From a virus, in the IMG/VR virus record IMGVR_UViG_3300023174_000077, positions 58,095 to 122,094 of that record: DNA of 64,000 bases. One strand, 5' to 3'. Made by a program: the position numbers and the translations under genes. Numbering within the stretch: position 1 is the first letter of the stretch; each line of letters opens with the position of its first letter. Positions 40,496 through 51,774 of this stretch are shown here, in pieces. The notes under the pieces are model-generated. The model worked only from the letters and a program-made list of their open reading frames with translations, ran no database searches and was not told the DNA's origin.

Positions 40496-42952
40496 TTATC
40501 TTCCTTTTGTTTTCCTTGATAAAGTATCATGTTTTAATTCAGCTATTAACATATCTAATTTAGTTGCTAATCCACCAATTGCAGCAGGAATAGCTGCTAA
40601 GTTTGATAAACCAGCAGTATTGGTTTTAATATCTTGTAATACATTCAATATTTGACCAGACGTATCAGATTTACCACCAGGTGTTGATAATCTTGAAATA
40701 GGGCTTTTTTCAGCTTCACCTTGTAGCATATTTATACTATCAACAAAAATACCAGCTTTTTCTTCTAATGCATCCATCATTTTTTCAAACTGATCAGAAT
40801 CCATAAGTGACATAAGAACTATATTACCACTCATCATATTTAAAGCTTGTAATTTTTGTATATCAATGCTATTAATTGAATTAGATAAATTTTTAATACT
40901 TTTTCCTAATTTATCATAACTATTTGAAAGCATAGATAATCCTAATACTACACCAAGTGTATCAATTACAGAAAATGCATTTACATTACTACTTTTTAAA
41001 TAATTAAGCAATTCAACATATGCACGAATATTTTCAGACATAGAACGGACATAATTTGCAGGCATAAGATTTGTGTAATTACGTCCGCTTAATATTTCTG
41101 ATACGGAGACAATTTGTTTAGCAATCATTTCAGGTCCAGAACCTAAAAATTTATCTGATAAAAAGTCGCCAAAACCTTGTGCCGATGAAATCGCTACAAA
41201 ACGAGCCATTAATTCGGAAACAGAAAGAGCCCAATTTAGTGAAGGATATTTAGTAAAAGAACCTTCAGATAACTTTTTATCAACATTTACTATTTGTTGT
41301 GCAATATCTTCGGGTCCTGTTCCTAAAAGATTTCCTATAACATTTAAAGCAATTCCGCCAAGACCCATATTAGACAAAACTGAACCAAATGCTGATAAAG
41401 ATTTTGCAACACCAGATGCCCATTCAAGTGATGGATAAGCATCTTTTTTATATGTTCCTTGTGCTAAAATATAAGATGTTGCAACTATAACTCCGGCTAA
41501 GCCTAAAACCGCAACTGCTCCTGCCAATAAAGCAAGTGCTCCAACACCAGATATAGCAATAAACCCTAATCCAGCAACAGCTATACCAAAGGCTAAAATA
41601 CTTAATCCAACTCCTTGTGCCCAATCTAAACTTGGATATTTAGTATAATTTCCTGCTGAAATAAGATAGGAAGATAACATTAAAGCTGCTGCTACAATAA
41701 CAATACCTATTGCTCCTTCGGTTAAAGCTTCTAATCCAACTTTTGCTAAAAACCATGCTGCAGCACCTAAAACTATTGCAGATATTCCGATTGCTAATGC
41801 TACACCAACAGCTCCAAATAATTGCCCTGCTGTTAAATCTTTTGGCATAAGTGTAAAAGCCCAAGCTGAGCCAACAATTGCTAATGCTAATAATGGTAAA
41901 ATTAAAGCTGATAAAGCTGCCTCTGCAATTCCAATTTTTTTCACACCATATGCTAATAAAGGTATAGATAAAGATATTAAACTTAAAGCAAAAGCAACAC
42001 CTATTGCTGTCCATAATTTATCACTAGGCACTGATACCATTTTTGAAAATATCCATGCAGATGCAGCTACGGCTGCAGCAAATGGGACTAAAATTAATGG
42101 CATTAGTAATGCTTGCCTAGGTGTTATTTTTTCAATACCTTTTGCTATTTTTTCAATACCATATGACATAATTGTAAATGCTCCTGCAATTAATATAGCT
42201 GTTAAACCTTGTTGAAAAGTTATTGGAATAATTAATCGCATAAGCCAAGATGCTAATGCAATAGAACCACCAAAAGTGAGCATTACAATTGGAACTTTTT
42301 TTAGATCTGATAAATTAACTTCTTTTACTCCTTGTGTTATTTTTTCAATACCATATGACATTACAGCAAATGTTCCAGCTATTAATATAGCTGTTAAACC
42401 TTGTGCTATACTAATAGGCACAATTAAAGCAAATGCCCAAGATGCAACCATTATTGATGTTGCCATAGTTAAGACGACATAAAAGATATTTTTCATATCT
42501 TCTTTTTTTAACTTCATGGCTGATATCATTTCAAATGATTTTGCTATTAATGGTAAAGCAATAGATAAGGCAATAACAGAAAAGAAATTAACACTTCCAA
42601 TTAATTTAAAAGCAACACCTATAGCAAGAACACCAGCCGCAATCATTAAAACGGTATTAACACCATCTTTAATTTTTTGTTTTTTATCACCAGCGGCTTC
42701 AAAAACTTCTGGCTTTTTCTTATCTCTTGATAAGCGAAGTAAAGTTTCTTGGTTTTTGAGTATTTGCTGTGTATCCTTTTTAATACCTTGAATCCCTTTA
42801 TTGATTGCATCAATCTTTTTATCTAAATTATTCATTTTTTGTAATAATTTAGTTGCATCAGATTTTGCACCAGTTTTATCTTTAACTGCTTCAGCAACTT
42901 TATCTAAAGCTTTTGTTAAATCATTAAAAGCATCGAGTATTTTGGCATCCAT
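40496..42952 (-). CDS. Tape-measure-like protein with many hydrophobic repeats
   Basis: Ala/Ile/Gly-rich helical repeats (QGLTAILIAG twice; YPSLxWA three times); coiled-coil ends. Confidence 0.6.
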   Translation of the reverse strand: MDAKILDAFNDLTKALDKVAEAVKDKTGAKSDATKLLQKMNNLDKKIDAINKGIQGIKKDTQQILKNQETLLRLSRDKKKPEVFEAAGDKKQKIKDGVNTVLMIAAGVLAIGVAFKLIGSVNFFSVIALSIALPLIAKSFEMISAMKLKKEDMKNIFYVVLTMATSIMVASWAFALIVPISIAQGLTAILIAGTFAVMSYGIEKITQGVKEVNLSDLKKVPIVMLTFGGSIALASWLMRLIIPITFQQGLTAILIAGAFTIMSYGIEKIAKGIEKITPRQALLMPLILVPFAAAVAASAWIFSKMVSVPSDKLWTAIGVAFALSLISLSIPLLAYGVKKIGIAEAALSALILPLLALAIVGSAWAFTLMPKDLTAGQLFGAVGVALAIGISAIVLGAAAWFLAKVGLEALTEGAIGIVIVAAALMLSSYLISAGNYTKYPSLDWAQGVGLSILAFGIAVAGLGFIAISGVGALALLAGAVAVLGLAGVIVATSYILAQGTYKKDAYPSLEWASGVAKSLSAFGSVLSNMGLGGIALNVIGNLLGTGPEDIAQQIVNVDKKLSEGSFTKYPSLNWALSVSELMARFVAISSAQGFGDFLSDKFLGSGPEMIAKQIVSVSEILSGRNYTNLMPANYVRSMSENIRAYVELLNYLKSSNVNAFSVIDTLGVVLGLSMLSNSYDKLGKSIKNLSNSINSIDIQKLQALNMMSGNIVLMSLMDSDQFEKMMDALEEKAGIFVDSINMLQGEAEKSPISRLSTPGGKSDTSGQILNVLQDIKTNTAGLSNLAAIPAAIGGLATKLDMLIAELKHDTLSRKTKGR

Positions 42953-43039
42953 AAGTTATATATTAAATAAATAAGGGCTTTATACTTAAATAACTTTTTA
43001 AAAAATATTTAATATATAAACTATAAAACTTAATCTGAA

Positions 43040-43474
43040 ATGATTAAAAAATGGTATAAACATTATATTTTAAAAGAATCTATTAAAGAAATTGAACTTA
43101 ATAGAATATTAGATAAAATATCAAAGGGCGAAACTTTAACCATTAGGGAAGATGATTTTTTAACTTTATATAATCAAACACAAGATAGTGATCTAAATGA
43201 TTATGCATATCTTTCAAGAAATATAGCAATTGATAAAATTGCTGATTATTTAGAGAAAAAAAAGAAAATTTGGTGTAATTTAAGTGATCGAGATGGAAAA
43301 ATTGGCGACTTAATTTTAAAAGTTTATAAACCAGATTACAAGTTAATTCTCCGACATGGAGAATATTTTATGGAAGATAATTTATTATATAATATATCTT
43401 ACAATATAAAAAAAGATGAATATTCATTACATGAACAAGATGAATATTTTGAAGAAATAGAAGTAAAAAAATGA
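43040..43474 (+). CDS. Hypothetical protein
   Basis: ORF containing LNRILDKIS; preceded by TAATATATA. Confidence 0.55.
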   Translation: MIKKWYKHYILKESIKEIELNRILDKISKGETLTIREDDFLTLYNQTQDSDLNDYAYLSRNIAIDKIADYLEKKKKIWCNLSDRDGKIGDLILKVYKPDYKLILRHGEYFMEDNLLYNISYNIKKDEYSLHEQDEYFEEIEVKK

Positions 43475-43740
43475 AAATAAGAACATTTAAACAATTTTTA
43501 GAAGCAGTTTCTGGCACAATAGGAACTTTTTATGGTGATTTTGGTCCAGCTTCAGAAAGACCAAAATCTCCAAATACAATTACTTCTGCTGATACAAAAG
43601 TTATTGCATCTGATTTAACAGGTAAAATTTACACATACGATGATTATAATAATTTATATGAAGATTATCTTAAAAAAGGTGGCAAACCTCTTGAAGGTGG
43701 ATTTACACAAGAAAATTTAGATTTAATTTTATCAACATAA
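43471..43740 (+). CDS. Hypothetical protein with MKIRTFKQFLE start
   Basis: Overlaps the upstream stop (ATGA). Confidence 0.55.
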   Translation: MKIRTFKQFLEAVSGTIGTFYGDFGPASERPKSPNTITSADTKVIASDLTGKIYTYDDYNNLYEDYLKKGGKPLEGGFTQENLDLILST

Positions 43741-43789
43741 TTAAAATAAAAAAAAATACTTCCAAATGGAAGTATTTTTTTTATTTTAA
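43741..43789. terminator. Bidirectional intrinsic terminator
   Basis: TTAAAATAAAAAAAAATACTTCCA-AA-TGGAAGTATTTTTTTTATTTTAA between convergent genes. Confidence 0.8.
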
Positions 43790-43796
43790 ACTTTTA

Positions 43797-46700
43797 TTAA
43801 AGTGTTTGGAAACCACCTGCTTGAATTGAGCCGGTTTTAAGAACTGTTATATTATTTACTATAACTGCAAGCCCTTTAATTGGTTCAATATAAGTATCTA
43901 ATACACCAATTTGATTGTCAATAAGAGTTGTAGTATTATTTTCTGCGTCACATTTGTTAAAGTAGTTATATAAACCATTTTTATTAACAAATCCTGCACA
44001 AATAACATCTGCTCTTAATTTAATTTCAGATCTTGTATCTTGTGTATTGAATTTCCATTGGAAATTTAATAACATATCCACTAATGCATTTTCTAACTCA
44101 ATTAAAACTTCTCTAACATGTAAGTAAGATAATGCTGATTTGTAAAGAGTTAAAGCAGTATTTTCAGTATTTATTATCCAACCTCTATTTTTCTTATAAA
44201 TAATTGGGTTCATTTGAGCCATATTTAAATTATCAATATCAGTAGGCGAAAAATCCATTTCAACACCTGCAATGCCTTGTAATAAACCATTTTGAACACC
44301 TGCTGCAATAGTCCAAGGAAGTATAGAAGTCACATTAGTTGTGAATTTTCTCATATAAGTTGAAGCTACATACATTGCTGGTGGAACACTTAATGGAGTA
44401 CCATTATCATTTACTGTTACATATGGAGTGAAATAACCTACACAAGTATTACCATTACCTTCGGCAAATGAATATAAAAATGCAGGATTGCTATTTAAAT
44501 CACCACCTTGAGCTATATAAGCAGTATTTAATACTTTTGTTCCATTAGATAATGTATCTGTAAAATTTGGTGAAGAAGAATTTTTAAATTGTTTAATTGA
44601 TGGCATGTTAATGAAACCAAGACAATTTAATCTTCCACCACAAATATCAACTAATTGTTGTTTAGAAAATTCTGTTAAACCAAGTCCAAAAGAATCAACT
44701 AAATATCTAAAATCAATTGCATCTTTATTTATAAGAGCATTATATAAAGGCGTTCCTTTTTCTACTAAATTAAGTATTTCAGTTTGTTTTGCATCTGTTC
44801 CATCAGGAAGAGAAGCTTGACGAATTCTAAATCCTTTAAGTGGTATAGCCTTATAAGTAGTCACATAATTATCAAGAGAAGAATATCTCATAGTTTGATA
44901 AGTAGTTGTTGAACTTGGGCTACCTATTGGAAATTTATATATTGCCGCATCACAAGTTATTAATGCCAATGAAGTATCAGCTGAATATACTTTTTTAGAT
45001 AAAATTCTTGTTAAATTTTTAGCTTGTTGTCCAACTTCTAATTCAGCTGAAGAATTATCTTGAAGTAAGAAATCACCAACTATTATATTAGAATATCTTG
45101 TTGCATCAACCAAAATCTGATTAGGAACTTGTGTATAGCCAGTTGGAACTTCAATCTCAACTGTATCTTGATAATTTGATTCAAATGAATTGATATATAA
45201 ATTTTTATTAGAACCCCAATATACATTTAAATCTGTGTTTACACCTTTATAAGTATAAAGTGTATTATCAGTTATTTTTACAGTTAAATTATCACTTGAA
45301 TCAATATCCATAGCTAAATAGTATTTAACATCAGCATTCCATATTCTTGTAATATTAGTTAATGTTTCAGCAGTTATAGCATCAGATAAATAATAAGCAT
45401 ATACATATGATGCTGTATAACCTAATTCAGTAGCAAAGTTATAACCTATTGGTTTTGAATTATATGAGCTACCAATTGTTAATACTCCAGTATTATATGT
45501 TGAATCTGGTATTAATATATTAGTAAAACTTACACCAAAATTATTATTAAATGGATCTTGATTAATAGTACTTTGAATAACTATGAAATTAAGTCCATTA
45601 TATATGGCATTAGAACCTGTTAAAGTAGTTGGCTTAACAAATGTAACACTAGAAGCAGTATATGTGCCATATTGCCCAACACCTAAATTATAAGCCATAA
45701 CATTAGCATAAAAATAATCACCAGTATTTATTACACCATTGTAGTAATCTTCATAAAGAGAAGAATATTTAGCTACAACACCAACTGCGCTTGCACCTGT
45801 AACATTTGTTGTTGCTTGTGATGTTGTCGTAATCATTTGATTATCTGATAAAATTAATTCATTATCATCTGCGTAAATTACAACACAGTTATCTACAGTT
45901 TTTAACACATTTAATATACTATTAAAATCAGTAGTTGAAAATCCCATATTAGAAATAGTGATAGACTTATTGAGTGTAGTATCTGTTACAGAACTAATAC
46001 TCATGTTAGACATACTGTATTTATAATAGGTTGTACCATCAGTTGATAACATTATAGCAGCTCTTCCTAATGCTGAAGATTCTAATATAGTTCTTATAGC
46101 ATTAAATCTTTTAATTCTTCTATATTGAGTATAATTTGAAGTATCAGGATAAGCGGCGGTATCAGTAAATGTTATAGTAATTGAATTTACTGCGCTTGAA
46201 TTAATAGTATAATCGGTATTGTATGCTAATTCTTTATAACCAAAACTACCATTACTAACTGAATTTGTACCAATTGTTACATCTGTATAATTTAATGCTG
46301 TTACATTACCACCTTTTACCGAAACTGACATATAACCTAATACGATATCTGTAGCTGCCACTGTTGGAGCTGTAGAAGCAACTGTAGAAGTTACATTTGT
46401 AATTGAACCAGTTGAATCTAATTTAATTGTGCTATAATAAGAATAGGTTGCTGAAGCTGAAGCAAAATTTGTTGCAGCTACAGAAAATGTATAAGAACCT
46501 GCTGTTATATTAACTAAATTTCCACCAATTATAGCATAAGGAGAATTAGAATTTTGCGAATTCGAACCACTAGCAACTATATAATTAACTGCTGCTGTAG
46601 TAGAACTAAATGTTGAGATATTTCTCCAAATACCACTTACTCTTCCTTCTGCAAAAGTATTTGTTCTAAAACTTGTACCATAAGTTTTGTTATAAAATTC

Positions 46701-47783
46701 ATTACCTGGATCAATTGAATAAACATTACCAACTGCATCTAAATAACTATTTGTATAATTGTTAAATGAAATTAAATTTTGTTGATACGATAAGAAATCT
46801 ATTGAAGTTGCGGTTGAATCTATTAAACTATTGCTATTAATTAAATTATTACCAAGTAAATCAACTGCTCCTGTTGGATAATCTTGTTCTAATAAATCTG
46901 CATTAAATGCACAGAATAAACCAGTTACTTGTGTATCTTGATTAATAACAGTTTCGATGAATATGTTTTGATTATTTTGATCTCTAAAGTAAGGAATAAA
47001 ACTTAAACCTTGATAGTATTTTAATAAAGTTACATTTCTATCGTTAATAAAGTTTTCAACTTGTGATTTGATTAAACCAGTTGAATCAAAATATTTTGAA
47101 AAAGTTTTATCCACAGCTAATGATTGATAATTAGACCAATCACCTGCTACTACGATTACATCTACCATATAATCAGAAACATAATCAGTTGGATAAACAT
47201 ATGGTGGTACATTTGTGATAGAACCATACCATTGAGTCATACTGACATCAAATCCAGTTGCAGTTGTTTTAAATACAAATACTGTGATATATGAACCAGA
47301 TACGTTTGTAAAGTTTAATAATCTGTTTTCATAGTTTTGATTATTTGCTACAAGTGATAAAAATGAATCTGTACTTAATTTCCAAAATCCAGTAGTATCA
47401 TAAAATGCACTTAATGCACCGGTAGTTATTGAATCATTAGTATTATTTGTTGCGGTTGATAATGGTGCATATTCAATTTGATCTAATGTGCTATCTGTTT
47501 CTAAAAGATTTAATGCATAAACAGGAGAAGATTGAATCATTTGTGCTATTGTTCTTTGAAAAAATGATCCTTTTCTCTCTAATGTTCTATCGATTCCACC
47601 AAAATAGTTTGTTAAATCTTGTGTTGTTTTAATAAGCACAGGAGTATTTATAGGACCAGTTTTGGATACACCGATAACTAAATTTGTAATACCTTGTGTT
47701 GTGTTACTAGATAATACACTATTGTCATATTCGTTTATGTAAATTCCTGGTCTTTTATAATTACTTATTATTACTGCTGGCAT
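43797..47783 (-). CDS. Contractile tail sheath protein, T4 gp18-like, with large insertions
   Basis: YKRPGIYINEYD, GVSKTGPINTP, VPPAMYV, WTIAAG..NG, MNPI, SALSYLHVREVLI, WKFN. Confidence 0.9.
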   Translation of the reverse strand: MPAVIISNYKRPGIYINEYDNSVLSSNTTQGITNLVIGVSKTGPINTPVLIKTTQDLTNYFGGIDRTLERKGSFFQRTIAQMIQSSPVYALNLLETDSTLDQIEYAPLSTATNNTNDSITTGALSAFYDTTGFWKLSTDSFLSLVANNQNYENRLLNFTNVSGSYITVFVFKTTATGFDVSMTQWYGSITNVPPYVYPTDYVSDYMVDVIVVAGDWSNYQSLAVDKTFSKYFDSTGLIKSQVENFINDRNVTLLKYYQGLSFIPYFRDQNNQNIFIETVINQDTQVTGLFCAFNADLLEQDYPTGAVDLLGNNLINSNSLIDSTATSIDFLSYQQNLISFNNYTNSYLDAVGNVYSIDPGNEFYNKTYGTSFRTNTFAEGRVSGIWRNISTFSSTTAAVNYIVASGSNSQNSNSPYAIIGGNLVNITAGSYTFSVAATNFASASATYSYYSTIKLDSTGSITNVTSTVASTAPTVAATDIVLGYMSVSVKGGNVTALNYTDVTIGTNSVSNGSFGYKELAYNTDYTINSSAVNSITITFTDTAAYPDTSNYTQYRRIKRFNAIRTILESSALGRAAIMLSTDGTTYYKYSMSNMSISSVTDTTLNKSITISNMGFSTTDFNSILNVLKTVDNCVVIYADDNELILSDNQMITTTSQATTNVTGASAVGVVAKYSSLYEDYYNGVINTGDYFYANVMAYNLGVGQYGTYTASSVTFVKPTTLTGSNAIYNGLNFIVIQSTINQDPFNNNFGVSFTNILIPDSTYNTGVLTIGSSYNSKPIGYNFATELGYTASYVYAYYLSDAITAETLTNITRIWNADVKYYLAMDIDSSDNLTVKITDNTLYTYKGVNTDLNVYWGSNKNLYINSFESNYQDTVEIEVPTGYTQVPNQILVDATRYSNIIVGDFLLQDNSSAELEVGQQAKNLTRILSKKVYSADTSLALITCDAAIYKFPIGSPSSTTTYQTMRYSSLDNYVTTYKAIPLKGFRIRQASLPDGTDAKQTEILNLVEKGTPLYNALINKDAIDFRYLVDSFGLGLTEFSKQQLVDICGGRLNCLGFINMPSIKQFKNSSSPNFTDTLSNGTKVLNTAYIAQGGDLNSNPAFLYSFAEGNGNTCVGYFTPYVTVNDNGTPLSVPPAMYVASTYMRKFTTNVTSILPWTIAAGVQNGLLQGIAGVEMDFSPTDIDNLNMAQMNPIIYKKNRGWIINTENTALTLYKSALSYLHVREVLIELENALVDMLLNFQWKFNTQDTRSEIKLRADVICAGFVNKNGLYNYFNKCDAENNTTTLIDNQIGVLDTYIEPIKGLAVIVNNITVLKTGSIQAGGFQTL

Positions 47784-47824
47784 AAATGTATATTATTTTT
47801 ATTTATGTTATATATTAAACTTGA

Positions 47825-47861
47825 AAACCATATTTTATCAAATTTAATAAAATATGGTTTT
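47825..47861 (-). terminator. Hairpin between the 47864 ORF and the sheath promoter
   Basis: AAAACCATATTTTAT...ATAAAATATGGTTTT. Confidence 0.55.
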
Positions 47862-47863
47862 GA

Positions 47864-48481
47864 TTATTTTAACGCTTGAATTCGTCTTTTAGCATCCTCT
47901 AATTTTTTCCTTTCTAAATCTAAATCTTTTTTAGCTTGTGTTTTTAATTCGGCTGCTGTAGAATCCGCTTTTTGTAAAGTTGTTTGTTGTGATTGAATAT
48001 CTTTAACTGTATTTTGTATATCCTGTTTAGCAACTTGTGTGTCACCTTGATTTTGTTGTATAGATTGTTGTTTAGCTTCTAAATCTTTTTGTTTTTGTTT
48101 TATAGTTTCTTCGGACTTTTTGATTTTTCTTTCTTGTTCCAATTGTTCTGCATATTTGCTAAAAAGAGGATTTGTTGGTGTATTTGGATCATCTTGTTGA
48201 TCCGGATTTTTCCAAATTATTTGATTTTTTGTTTTAGGAGTCGTCTTTTTAATAAATTTAGCAGCAATTAATTTATTATATAAATCTTTTGCTATACCTG
48301 TATCTGAAGGTGTGTCATCCTCTAAATATGTATTGTATATTTGTTGCAATTTAGCTTTATATTTATCAAATTGCTTTTTATTCATTTCAGATTGATTAAA
48401 AAGAGTCATATCTGCCTTTATTTCTAAAGGCACTTTTTCTTTTGCTAAATCAAATTTTTCGTATGTTTTTAAATATCTCAT
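47864..48481 (-). CDS. Coiled-coil hypothetical protein with MRYLKTYEKF start
   Basis: K/Q-rich heptad C-terminus. Confidence 0.55.
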   Translation of the reverse strand: MRYLKTYEKFDLAKEKVPLEIKADMTLFNQSEMNKKQFDKYKAKLQQIYNTYLEDDTPSDTGIAKDLYNKLIAAKFIKKTTPKTKNQIIWKNPDQQDDPNTPTNPLFSKYAEQLEQERKIKKSEETIKQKQKDLEAKQQSIQQNQGDTQVAKQDIQNTVKDIQSQQTTLQKADSTAAELKTQAKKDLDLERKKLEDAKRRIQALK

Positions 48482-51348
48482 ATAAAATTATTATTAACTA
48501 AATAAGCGCCGACTACAACATCTTTGCCAAATTTTGCATTAGAAGTTAAAGCATTATAAGCTCCGTTTATATTAAGCTCAACATCATTTGTAATATCTAA
48601 AGATTTTTTTGTTAAATTTTCATTTATTAAAGCTTCTCCTTTTGCATTTAAAATACCTGGTGGGAATTGTCTTGTACTTCCACCAGAAAAACTACCACCT
48701 TCAATTTCCATACTAAATGTATTAGTATTAGCTAAAGAATCAATATTCGCAACAGTTAAATTGATTTTTTTACCATTTTCTAATGGCATCTTAAAAGCAC
48801 CAACAAATGTATTTTTCTTAGAATCAAATTTAAGTCCAAGATTTGCTTGAGCTGGTAGCGATTTATATTCTGAATAAGCTTTAATTATTGCTAAACTTCC
48901 AACTTGGAATTTAATTAAAACATTTTCCCCTTCTATTTTAGCTATATAACCAACTATTTTTTTCGCTGTTGCTTCAAATGTTGTATTATTTTTTGCCGGC
49001 TTGCAACAAAAAGCTATAAACATACCTTCTTTTAATGTTTCTGGTTTGAAAGATTCTACAATCCATTTAATTTGATCTACATTCTCTGAATCTTCTATTT
49101 GATTTCCAGTTCTCTCAGCTGGTTTTATTTTTGCTTTTATACCAAAATATTTAGTTAAGAAATCAGAACGCTTTTGATCAAAATTTTTGAGATCGTTTTG
49201 ATCTATCATATCTCTCATGAATTGTAGTAATACATTGCCTTCTTTTTTACCATCTTTTGTTTCTATAGTTGACGGGCCCAAAATTTTAATATATTTTTCA
49301 AATGAAATTAGTTCAGTTATTCTTTCGCCAAATTTTCTAAAAATAAGTTTGTTAACCCAAGGACCAAATCCTGGACCAGATTCTTGTGTCATAGTAGGAA
49401 CGGCTGACGAGCCAATATAAAAATATTCATTTCTCGTTTTTGTAGAAATTCTACCACCTGGACGACCAGAAGGTATATAATCTATAGCAAAACAACTATA
49501 AGCTTTACCAAATAAATCAACTATTTTTAATAATCTATTTTGTCCAGCTTCATCTACAAAATTAATTGTTGTTTTAGAATTTTCAATTTTTTCCTCTAAT
49601 TCTTTCTTTTGTTTTTCAGTTGTTGCAGTTTGTGGATCAAAATTACTTCCAAATGAATCTTCAAATGCTTTTAAACTAGTTTCAGAATTAGAATAATCAG
49701 ATTCTTTTATTGTTTTTGCTAATTTAAGCCATTCTTCTAAATATTCTTTTTCTTTAATTCCATCTTCATTCCAAAAATAATCATCATGCTCATCCAATTT
49801 ATTGTATAATTCTTCCATAATTCCAATAATTAATTCGGTTTCAGGAATTCCTATTCCTGAATTATTAGCATTTAAAGTAAATGAATTATCTTTGAATTTT
49901 TTAGCAAACTCTAAAAAATCTTTGTCAGCATTATCTTTTTTATTTTTTCTTAAATAATTAATTAAATTTTTAATATTCAATTTTTTAAGTATTGTTTCAT
50001 GCTCTCCATTTGCTTTTGTAATATCAGCAGGATCGACAATTGCTTCGAATAAATATGAATTTAAAATGAAATTTTCGTATATTTTTTCCAATGAAGTATC
50101 TTCAATAATACCTTCATATATTTCTTCAACATATCTAGTAGTACCTTTTTTAGTCAAAATTTGAAAAATAGGATTCGATAATCTTTTTCCCTTATTATTT
50201 CTTGGATCTATTTCACCTCTTCTGAGAATTTTTTCAATTTTTCTTATTTCAACCGGAACAATTTTACCACTTTTATTTTTCAATTTTATAAAAACAGGCT
50301 TACTCTGCAGTGACTGCAAACTATTAGGAAGATTACTAACTAAACTAATAGCTGTTATCGGATTATTTGGGTTTTTGGGAGTTGCTGGTGGACTTGAAAC
50401 TTTTTGAGTCGGTTTTCTGATACCTTCAACGGGTATATCTAAATCAACATCATATCCATATATATTTATAATCTCCCTTTGTGGAGTATTCATTTTTGGA
50501 CTTTGTGAAGCTATAAATTTCACATAAATTGATGTACTAAAACTAGAACCTGTTGGTTTAATTTTATAAGCATTTGAATATGTCACGTCATCAAGTGATA
50601 TTTGAAAAATATTAGAACCTGAAATTTTAATTTCTTTATTTTTTAAATTATTTGCGGTTAACGAAATAGTTTTAACTGATTGCGAACCTGTTATAACAGC
50701 ACCAAAATTTAAACTTATTGGGTTTACAGTTACACTAGCGGATCCACCAGTTACTGAAGCAGTTGAACCAGTAAATTCGGCGTGTAATTTTTCTGTTGTT
50801 TCTAATAATTTCTCAATATTTTTAATTAACTCATCTTTTTTATCAGAATTATCTTTAATATTTTTTATTGCTTTTTTAAAATTTTCTAAATTTTCTATTA
50901 ATGTTTCTTTTGTTATTCCAAAAATTTCTTGTCCTTCATCTAATGTATTTGACCAATCAATAGCACCTTTTATTAATCCAGTTTCCCCATTATTACCTAT
51001 TAATTGTTTAATTTTTTCAGATTCTTTTAAAGTTGTGTCATCGCAAACTTTCTTTATCTCTGCTAAATAATATTTTACTAATAATATTTTAATCTCTTTT
51101 TTTTCTTCATCAGATAAACTATCAAAAATAATATTATTTAATTCATTTTCAATAGCTTTAACAATTGATTCTACACGAGAATAGTTGTAACCAATTTTAG
51201 CTTTTCTAATTGTTGAGTTTATAAAACGACCTAATAAAGAGCCACCAAATGTAATTTCATTTGTTACAACTTCATTTATTTCTTCGGTATTGTCTATTTT
51301 AAATTTAAAATGTTCTAAAAATATATCTCTAGTATATAAATATTTCAT
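48478..51348 (-). CDS. Large hypothetical protein with an internal Ig-like domain
   Basis: 956 aa; VTVNPISLNFG...SVKTISLTANNL...FQISLD...IYVKF...IPVEG resembles an Ig-like (ASH/choice-of-anchor D) domain. Confidence 0.55.
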   Translation of the reverse strand: MKYLYTRDIFLEHFKFKIDNTEEINEVVTNEITFGGSLLGRFINSTIRKAKIGYNYSRVESIVKAIENELNNIIFDSLSDEEKKEIKILLVKYYLAEIKKVCDDTTLKESEKIKQLIGNNGETGLIKGAIDWSNTLDEGQEIFGITKETLIENLENFKKAIKNIKDNSDKKDELIKNIEKLLETTEKLHAEFTGSTASVTGGSASVTVNPISLNFGAVITGSQSVKTISLTANNLKNKEIKISGSNIFQISLDDVTYSNAYKIKPTGSSFSTSIYVKFIASQSPKMNTPQREIINIYGYDVDLDIPVEGIRKPTQKVSSPPATPKNPNNPITAISLVSNLPNSLQSLQSKPVFIKLKNKSGKIVPVEIRKIEKILRRGEIDPRNNKGKRLSNPIFQILTKKGTTRYVEEIYEGIIEDTSLEKIYENFILNSYLFEAIVDPADITKANGEHETILKKLNIKNLINYLRKNKKDNADKDFLEFAKKFKDNSFTLNANNSGIGIPETELIIGIMEELYNKLDEHDDYFWNEDGIKEKEYLEEWLKLAKTIKESDYSNSETSLKAFEDSFGSNFDPQTATTEKQKKELEEKIENSKTTINFVDEAGQNRLLKIVDLFGKAYSCFAIDYIPSGRPGGRISTKTRNEYFYIGSSAVPTMTQESGPGFGPWVNKLIFRKFGERITELISFEKYIKILGPSTIETKDGKKEGNVLLQFMRDMIDQNDLKNFDQKRSDFLTKYFGIKAKIKPAERTGNQIEDSENVDQIKWIVESFKPETLKEGMFIAFCCKPAKNNTTFEATAKKIVGYIAKIEGENVLIKFQVGSLAIIKAYSEYKSLPAQANLGLKFDSKKNTFVGAFKMPLENGKKINLTVANIDSLANTNTFSMEIEGGSFSGGSTRQFPPGILNAKGEALINENLTKKSLDITNDVELNINGAYNALTSNAKFGKDVVVGAYLVNNNFI

Positions 51349-51482
51349 GAAAAAATATAATATTTTTATTATATATTAAACCCCTAAATCCTATTTCAAA
51401 TAATTATAAAAAAACCTCTTTTATGGAATAAAAGCTAAAAATTTTTTGAATATATATTGTATTAATTTAAAAAATTAATTTT

Positions 51483-51767
51483 ATGAGGTTTAAAGAATTT
51501 AAAGTTGTAGATAGGGTCTTAACAAATCCTATTAAAATAGAAGAACAACTCATCAAACATAATTTGCAGTGGTTAGTGAACTCGGAAATAGAGGATGCTG
51601 TAGTAGAAATCAAAAACAATACTTTAATCTGGAAAGAAGGAAATTTTTATGCTGGAAACTGGCATTATGGAATATGGCAGAATGGTCATTTCCATGGCAT
51701 ATGGGAAAACGGCATATGGGAAAATGGTAATTTTAACGGAAAATCGAAATCTGGGATTAAAAAGTAA
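51483..51767 (+). CDS. Small protein with GxWxNG pentapeptide repeats
   Basis: GNWHYGIWQNGHFHGIWENGIWENGNFNG. Confidence 0.6.
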   Translation: MRFKEFKVVDRVLTNPIKIEEQLIKHNLQWLVNSEIEDAVVEIKNNTLIWKEGNFYAGNWHYGIWQNGHFHGIWENGIWENGNFNGKSKSGIKK

Positions 51768-51774
51768 TCCAGAA

